Source: Paramecium tetraurelia (Eukaryota). Taken from it: DNA of 64,000 bases. The stretch covers positions 124,001 through 188,000 of the forward strand of contig CT868052.1 in the NCBI GenBank assembly GCA_000165425.1, given 5' to 3'. This document shows positions 55,352-64,000 of this stretch, one piece after another. Below the pieces are notes generated by a model. That model was given only the letters and a program-made list of their open reading frames with translations. It made no database searches and was not told the DNA's origin. A program made the translations under genes and the position numbers. Each line of letters starts with the position of its first letter. Position 1 is the stretch's first letter.

Positions 55352-58300
55352 TCATTTGTTTGCTGGTGTGACAAAAGTCTTAGAAATACGTAATAAGTCA
55401 CACTCCTTCCTTGTGGTTTCTTAGATTATGTTAAAGAATGTATTTTCCATTATTAAATCAGTTAATTCAATGAATTCATCCTCTAAAAACATTGTCTTAT
55501 AATCTTTATAGTCTCTTGGTATAGTTCTAGATAAATAATATATAATAATATTTACAAATCTTCTACTTGTCTATCCTCTCCTTCCTTAGGTTGCTATTCT
55601 GGTTGATAGAGAATTATTGGTTGTTGATCTAATGCTCTGAGAATCTGGTCGGTGTGAGAGTCAGTCAAAACTTCAGTAATAATCTAACCTAGCAATTATT
55701 AGAAAGGATGGGCCATAGCATTGTGAATAGGAGGAGGAGGCTGTTTGAATGAGTTTACTAATTCTACATTTAAACTTGATTTCTTCTTTATTCTTAAGAA
55801 CAAGGTTTCTTTATCCACTGTTATCGCTTGAGAGTTTTAACTTAGCTGAGAAGTATTCACTTGCTAATTCTTATTTTCCCAACTTATAGTACATTCACAT
55901 TCTCCTTCATACACTGAAGGAGTTGAGGCCGCAGTCAATGTCAGTTTCAATTCTATAAATGACTAAGGCTCGAGTTCTCCCTATATAGGTTCAATCAAAA
56001 ATTCATCCCCACAACATAGTCCTGGTCTATTATTTGAAAGGGTAAATTGAGAGACACCAAAATCAAATACAAATTTGCGATCTGATGATTGATTGTACAA
56101 AATGATCATTCTATGTGCAGATTTTAATGGGAGCAATTCTCCAAAATCTATCTCTTCCAAAGAAAAGAATACTTTTGAACCTATAGGAGATTGATGTGAT
56201 CTCTATCTAGGAATCTCAATCGCTTATTTTTAAATCTAATTCTTAGGCTGATTAGCATATCCTCTTCCTTGGATTGCAAGCTTCACTGGTTGAATCACTT
56301 TAACCATATCTGAAACCTCAACCAATAATTCAAAATAGTAGACTTTCTACTCTAAAGGTTTAAAAAGGCAATACAAATATTATTTCTCATTTGGCAAGAG
56401 TGATCCTTAAGGATTCTGAATATCAAACACATTAAATTAAGAATCAATGATCGCTCCATCAATATCCAATTCCTGCACAAGTGTTTTATAAGATACTTTT
56501 GAACTTCCAACATTTTGAATTTCTATTGGATACTTGACAGGTTATAATAATCCTACGGGAGTTTCTGGCAACTCAAATGAATTTTTCTTTACAGCCAATC
56601 TGCCTTCCAATGGAGCAAGTGTTGTTCCTTTCAAATTTAAAACTAATGGTTTTCCATTCAAAATTTACAATACAACCCTTAGGAAATGACTCTCATTCGA
56701 AATTCCTTTTGATTTGAGTTGCTCATCTAAATTACAAGGAGTGTAGATTAGCTCTATATCTTTGAAACATTTTGGTGCTATAACACCACCTTTAGGTCTA
56801 ATTTGAAATATGTTCTTTTCTAAAATGGCTTTTTCAAATGTATCCTCTTCAGTAGGTTCACCAGGATCAGCCCAAGGCTCTAATTCTATTTGATGATCAG
56901 ATGGTAATTTAAATTGCCACTCTAAATCAGTTCCTCCAATATTTTAAATTGTTATGACAATTTTTCTTGACTTTACTTATGGTTTAGATGGCAAATACCC
57001 AAAATTCCAATCGTAACTTCTCAATCTCTTTTATAATTATTAAGCTTGATCAAATGTCAATTATTCGATTTTCAAAAATTTCTATTCATCTTCATTTAAA
57101 TCCTTGCCTAATTCAGTATTAATTTGATTGATTTAAAAGTTCTCCCATAATGTAGCAACACTAATTGAATCATTTCTTACATCAGCAATCTTCAACAAAG
57201 GATAATTTCCTTTAGCTTTGATCTCTAATTTGCATTTCTATGACACTATTTTCTTATTTAAATAATTAGGACCTTTGGGTGCTTTAGGATTCTTTTCTGT
57301 TGCAATAACATCCAAAACCAAATCAAATTCACAGACCTCAATTGGATTAAACATTATTCCGATATCCAACTTGGAATTAGCAGCAATAATTCCATTCTAT
57401 AAATCCAAAGTAAAGGACCTATTAATAAGACTAATCATTTAATGATCAATTTTATCTCTATCCTTACTTTTTGGTCTAAGAACTAATTCAATATAAAATG
57501 TGCAGTCTGAATTGTTAATTAAGGTAGCATATTTTTTTGTATTGAAATTAACTTTAATAATATTGAAGTCGATTTGTTTAACATTAAGTTCTAACTCTCC
57601 ATCTGTGCCTTAGCCAAATATCTCAAATTGATAAGATAATTCTATTGGTTTTCTTTATTCAAGTGGAAAGTCTTGATTTCCTGATCCTGGAATATGATAC
57701 CCAATCAGATTTTAGTTGTCTGCAAGAATTTCAGTAGCAGTCATAGGTACTTTGATTCTATATTCTTTCTTCTTTTTGTAAGGAATGAATTGACAGTCTA
57801 GATGTAGTACTTCATTGGGTTTGATCTAGCCAGATGGAGGTTCAATATATAATTCATTTTAGTATTTCTCAGGAACATCGATTGAGTAACTCATAGGCAC
57901 TCTTGATTCATTGTGAACTGTTATTTTTTATCTAGAGTAAACTCCAACAAAGGAGGGAGGAAAGAAGACTTTGCCTCCATTTTACAATTTCAGAGAAGGA
58001 GTAGAACAATATCCTATAGCTTAAAGAGTTATTTAATTGGAAGATTAATGATTCATATGACAAACCAGAGTTTGATTGTAGGCCTTGTTTTCAACAGGTA
58101 CAAATTCAACAACAATCATTTATGATGATTTACCAAAAATTAACCCCTGATTGGGATATACTCTAAAGGTTCTTGTTGGGTCAGGGCTGAAATTAAAATA
58201 AATTGGAGTGTCTGATTTATTAATGAACTCTACTGTTTGATATACAGATTCTTCTATTGTACAAGGAGGGAAGTACAATTTGTTAGATGGTCTAAGTTCT

Positions 58301-59998
58301 ACAATTGGAATGTAGGGTTAAGAATTAATCCCGAAAGAATGTCCAACACATCCAATTTATCCACTGAATGTAGGAATCATTTCTTTGGATGTAAAATCTA
58401 TAGTGTTTTTTTGACTAGTGATTCCAGTTTAAGATAATTTTAAATTTGCACCATTTCCAAATGAGTCATTCAAAATAGAGCCTTTGTTATTTTTAACTGA
58501 ATCTAATATCTTCTTTGTAAGTTTTGGATTATATTTGATTGCAAAGAATTGAATATATTAAAAATAATAGTAAGATGATTTTGTTGGTCTAAAACTAATT
58601 GAAAATTTGCATTTAGAATTTGCTTGTGCTGATTGAGTCTCTGGAGAAACTGTGAAAACTGGCACTTTTTCTCCATTAACAGTAGGATGAGTTTGGATTG
58701 TCCAAAATACAGTCAATTTACAGTTTAGTCTATTGTGTAATTCTAACTCCCTTGCTCCACTTTGTGTTTAGCATTCAACATAACCAAAATCAATAAAATC
58801 TTCAGAGAATTTAATTAATCTGTAATCAGAAGATGGAGGAAGCATCAACTCTTTATATTAAACAGTTTGATTAGCATTTTCTTGCCATTCTCCTTGAAGA
58901 TTACTTTGATTTTACTAATTAACTTTCATCAAATAAGAATTTTCCATATATTTGAAATCCACTTCACTTAATTTTCCTTGAATAACTCTTCTTCTAAAAT
59001 TATCAATATGCTATTGAAGCAATGGTATAGGTTTGATCAAAAGGTCATAACATGTCCCAATTAAATCGACAAACTTAATTTGATTACTTGCAACGCAATA
59101 AACTCTTTCATAGTAATTAATTGTATGTCTGGGTGTAAAGGTGACAATGATACGATCAAAGCTCTTTCCTTAGATCAGACCCCTTACTTTATTGAAACTA
59201 AAAATGTTATTCATATCGGTGTATAATTAGTATGAAGCTGCTAGATCAGAATCATTATGAATTGTCAATAATTTAGTGGCCTGATTACCAATTTTGATCT
59301 CTCCAAAGTTAATTGACTTTTCACTTAAATACACTGCATGTTCCACTGCTGATCCGACACACTCAAAAGTTAATTCATTTCCTCCTTGACAAACCACTTT
59401 AAATCTAATAACTGAAACATTAAGGATTTAAGGTTAATATGTAACTTTGATTAAAAATGTGCTTTTTTGGGGAATGACTCCTGAGTAGTAGTCTAAAGAG
59501 AATGCATTATCTTTGAACTCATCATCTATCATTTTAGTGATTTAAAATTGAGCTGTAACTTCTGATGAATTCTTAATTGTGATTTCCTTTGTTACTGTTT
59601 TACCTATCAATAAAGTTTCGAAATTGAGTTTTTTAGTGTTCAATTATAAGAAAGGGTATTTGCCTATTCCTGATACTTTGATCACTCTAGGTTCTTCGTA
59701 TTGAACATGCATGATAATTGATGCAACTATTACTTCTGCTTATTGAGGGGAATAAGTCAAAGTAAAATTGATTTTTGATCCAGGAGCTAACTATCCTCTA
59801 AATTATTATCACTAGATAATACCTCTCTGGAGTAATCTTGAATTTCTAAAATTCGAAATGAAACTACACAGGATAGTCGTTTGGATTTTCAAGCATGAAT
59901 ACCAAATTAGATACAGATGTTACAGCAGTAAATCCAATATCAAGTGCAGGAGGAATGGTTGTCAATATCATTCGATGTTCCACTTATTTTTTTTTCAT
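55352..59998 (-). CDS. CFAP65: Cilia- and flagella-associated protein 65 (CCDC108)-like, tandem Ig-like ASH/MSP domains
   Basis: Repeated 'F.I.P..G.I.P....I.V.F.P' and 'I.FG' units; FVDLIGTCYDLLIKP, GKGNYPLL, LEPWADPGEP. Confidence 0.8.
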
Positions 59999-60029
59999 TA
60001 TATTAAATTTATTGTTTATTAATAATAAC

Positions 60030-61154
60030 TCATCCTAACTTTTTATATTCTTATCCTTTTGGTGGTGATGGTCTGTCCTTCCTTTCATAATCTTTAACTT
60101 TCACTTCATCCCAATTAGTTGACCTAAACAAAAATCAATTCAATTTATTACAATACTGTTCCTCCTGAAGTTTGCATTGACTTTATCATAGCTCTTCTGG
60201 TATTCTCATCCCCATTTTAATAAATTTATTTAAACAAACTATTCAAAGGATCTTCACCATACTCTTCCTTATGTTTATTGATATCCTCTTCAATCTCCTT
60301 GTCAATTTTACTCCAATCCTTCTTTTTTTTGGATGATGTGGGGTATGCTGCCTATTCCATGATTGGGATTTATTATTGCTCTTCAGCCTTCCTCTGCAAT
60401 GATCCCCAATTCAAAGTTTTATCTTTTTTGTCCATAATGATTTCTATTGAATTCAATCCCACCTTGGCCTTGCTGGTTTCTGGAATAATTTCAGCAAATA
60501 AATCCAGATCAAGTTCAAAGTTGTTTCCTTTTTCAATAGGAAATGATAATTGCAATCTAGAAATTTCTAATTTGAATACCTTTATTTTTCAAACTAATAT
60601 TTTAAGTCTGCACTATTTGGTAATGCGTGATGTATTTCTATACCAACTTTAAGATCTGTTTGATACCATTTATACATCAATTTGCCTGATGTTGAATAAA
60701 TATCTGTCCTCTGTGCTTCAGAATTTTAAGGGACTTCTTTAAATTACTAGATTATTCTAGAAATTATATATTTCTTTACTTTTCTTAGGCTGTTTAGACA
60801 AGTTTAATATTCTTGAGTTCTAGTTCGCATTTCAAAAGTTGTTATTACGTTTCCTTATGTTTTGGATTGAATTAAAGACTTTTTTATAAATCTAACTATG
60901 CCTACTAGATCTTTCCACATATGAAGTTGATCAATCCTGAATATATTTCTATAGAATACCTTTTCTATAATAGGCTTCAAATCTGTCTGAACTTAGTTAG
61001 ATCGCTTTGTCTAATGTGGACAATGCATCATCATATTTGCCAAGATGATATAAGGCTATCGATTTGGTGACAAGTGTCTCATAATCATCACTAACCAACA
61101 ATTAGAGAGCCTGATCATATTGATGATGAAGAATCAAAAAATAAGGATTTGAAC

Positions 61155-61158
<4 letters not shown>
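60030..61158 (-). CDS. SGT1: SGT1 co-chaperone (TPR-CS-SGS)
   Basis: TPR (ALYHLGKYDDAL...AYYRKG), CS (WYQT...), SGS YPTSSKKKKDWSKI...[36 protein letters not shown]. Confidence 0.93.
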
Positions 61159-62645
<1,487 letters not shown>

Positions 62646-64000
62646 AAATTCTTAATTATTTATAAATTAACAACTTTATTTTTGTTTTTAATGTATGAAT
62701 TTTATGGAAAAATATATATTATATATTAGAATTTTGCAGTATTAATATAAATATAATGTATTAATTAATTGTCTTAGTTTATTATTTAAATTGGCTATTT
62801 TCATTAATGAAATCTTAGATAAAATGGACTTTTAAATATAGAAATTCAATATTTTCTAGATTTCTTCCTACCTTCAAATATTTTCAATTGAAACATGTCT
62901 CTCTATTAGCATATAAATTCTTATTATAATTTGGATGAAAAATATAAATATATTTATTTATTAGTAATACTTGAAAAAATTTAATGAGTGAATGCCTTCT
63001 GACCCTAAAATTAAATAAGAGCTACCCTAAATTATAAGTTTAAAGACTTTTTCTTTCCAAAAGATGTATGAATTTTAAAGAGCCTTAATCTTGTATAAAT
63101 AGGAGACAAAAAGTTTCGGCAATTACTTATAAAAAGTATTATAAGGTGTATTTGAAATTATAAATATAAAATGAATGATCTAGAAAGAATACTAAATTGA
63201 TCTAAAAATAGTACTTAAGTCTCTTTGGCTGAAATTTTCAAACCTAGAATTGCTGCCATATTCAATTGCATGATACATATATTAAAATTATAATTAACCT
63301 TCTAAAACAACCTAAACCTAGTTATTCGACCCCAACCAAAATTATTTATAGATAAACAATTCAAAGTTTATTTAAAAATATCAAGATATAAACTAATTAA
63401 AAGAAAAAATATATATATATCTTTTCTTTTGTAATATATTGAAAAGATTATGAATTTTTTTTATGTAAACTAAAAATTCATTTAGACAGTTCAACTGTTT
63501 TTGACAGGTGATTATATTAATTAAATTATTTTATTAATTGAGAAATCATTTATTGTAAATGTTTGGTTGGAATAGATATCTAATTAGTTAATTAGATTTT
63601 GGTACACTCACATAATAATTCAATTTTTGTTGATTAATCCATTTATTTTGAGTATTAATATTTTTCGATTTACCTGCAAATAATTCCTTTTTATTATTAA
63701 TTTTTAGTTAAGATATCACTGAAATTTATTATTTAAAGTTCTAAGTTATTGAAAACACTATTGCCCTTCTTTTTCTTATTCATTAACTTGAAGATTTCCT
63801 TATCCAAATTATTCCCCATTTTTTTAATATATATTTTGGCAGTAGTCATTACTCTGAGAATAGGGCGAAAAATGAATATAACAATAATCATCGAAATGAA
63901 AATTAAGGAGCAAGATATAATTATTTAGATATAAAAAGCTCTTTCATTTGCCTATTAAACCAAAAGTTCGAGCTCTAAGAAGTTTTCTTGTAATACGTGC

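Noticed and set aside
62983..63178. Short plus-strand ORF MSECLLTLKLNK...
   Set aside because: No recognisable motif; short ORFs are common when TGA is the only stop.

Overview
A very AT-rich, gene-dense eukaryotic window that reads as ciliate macronuclear DNA, most likely Paramecium. TAA/TAG are read as Gln inside conserved domains, TGA is the only stop, introns are GT..AG and about 21-30 nt, and intergenic gaps are often 30-60 bp. The supplied ORF track treats TAA/TAG as stops, so it is fragmented and often on the wrong frame or strand. Re-translating by eye with the ciliate code gives about 33 genes. Recognisable ones are an alpha/beta hydrolase, a KIN241/PPIL4 cyclophilin-RRM, an ankyrin-tail protein, PH-CAMK and AGC kinases, RPL23, a Cbp3/UQCC1-like chaperone, phenylalanine hydroxylase, an M14 carboxypeptidase, a RING-B-box-coiled-coil protein, a small Tim, two bZIPs, an NCLX/CCX exchanger, a PdeD/PdeE-type cNMP phosphodiesterase, ABHD17-like, ERF4-like, proteasome alpha-6, a divergent importin-alpha, class I HDAC, an extended COX5B, a MORN protein, CFAP65, SGT1 and a cytochrome P450. 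Several kb-long gaps look like decayed genes. I found no rRNA, tRNA, CRISPR, telomere or transposon, and no convincing multi-gene novel system. The best leads are the ATGA stop/start overlap of CYP and SGT1, a cluster of bZIP-type sites upstream of a bZIP gene, the three-phase TAA repeat in COX5B, the MBL-cNMP phosphodiesterase and the TRIM-like protein. Coordinates are gene spans including introns, read manually. Family calls come from remembered motifs, not database searches.
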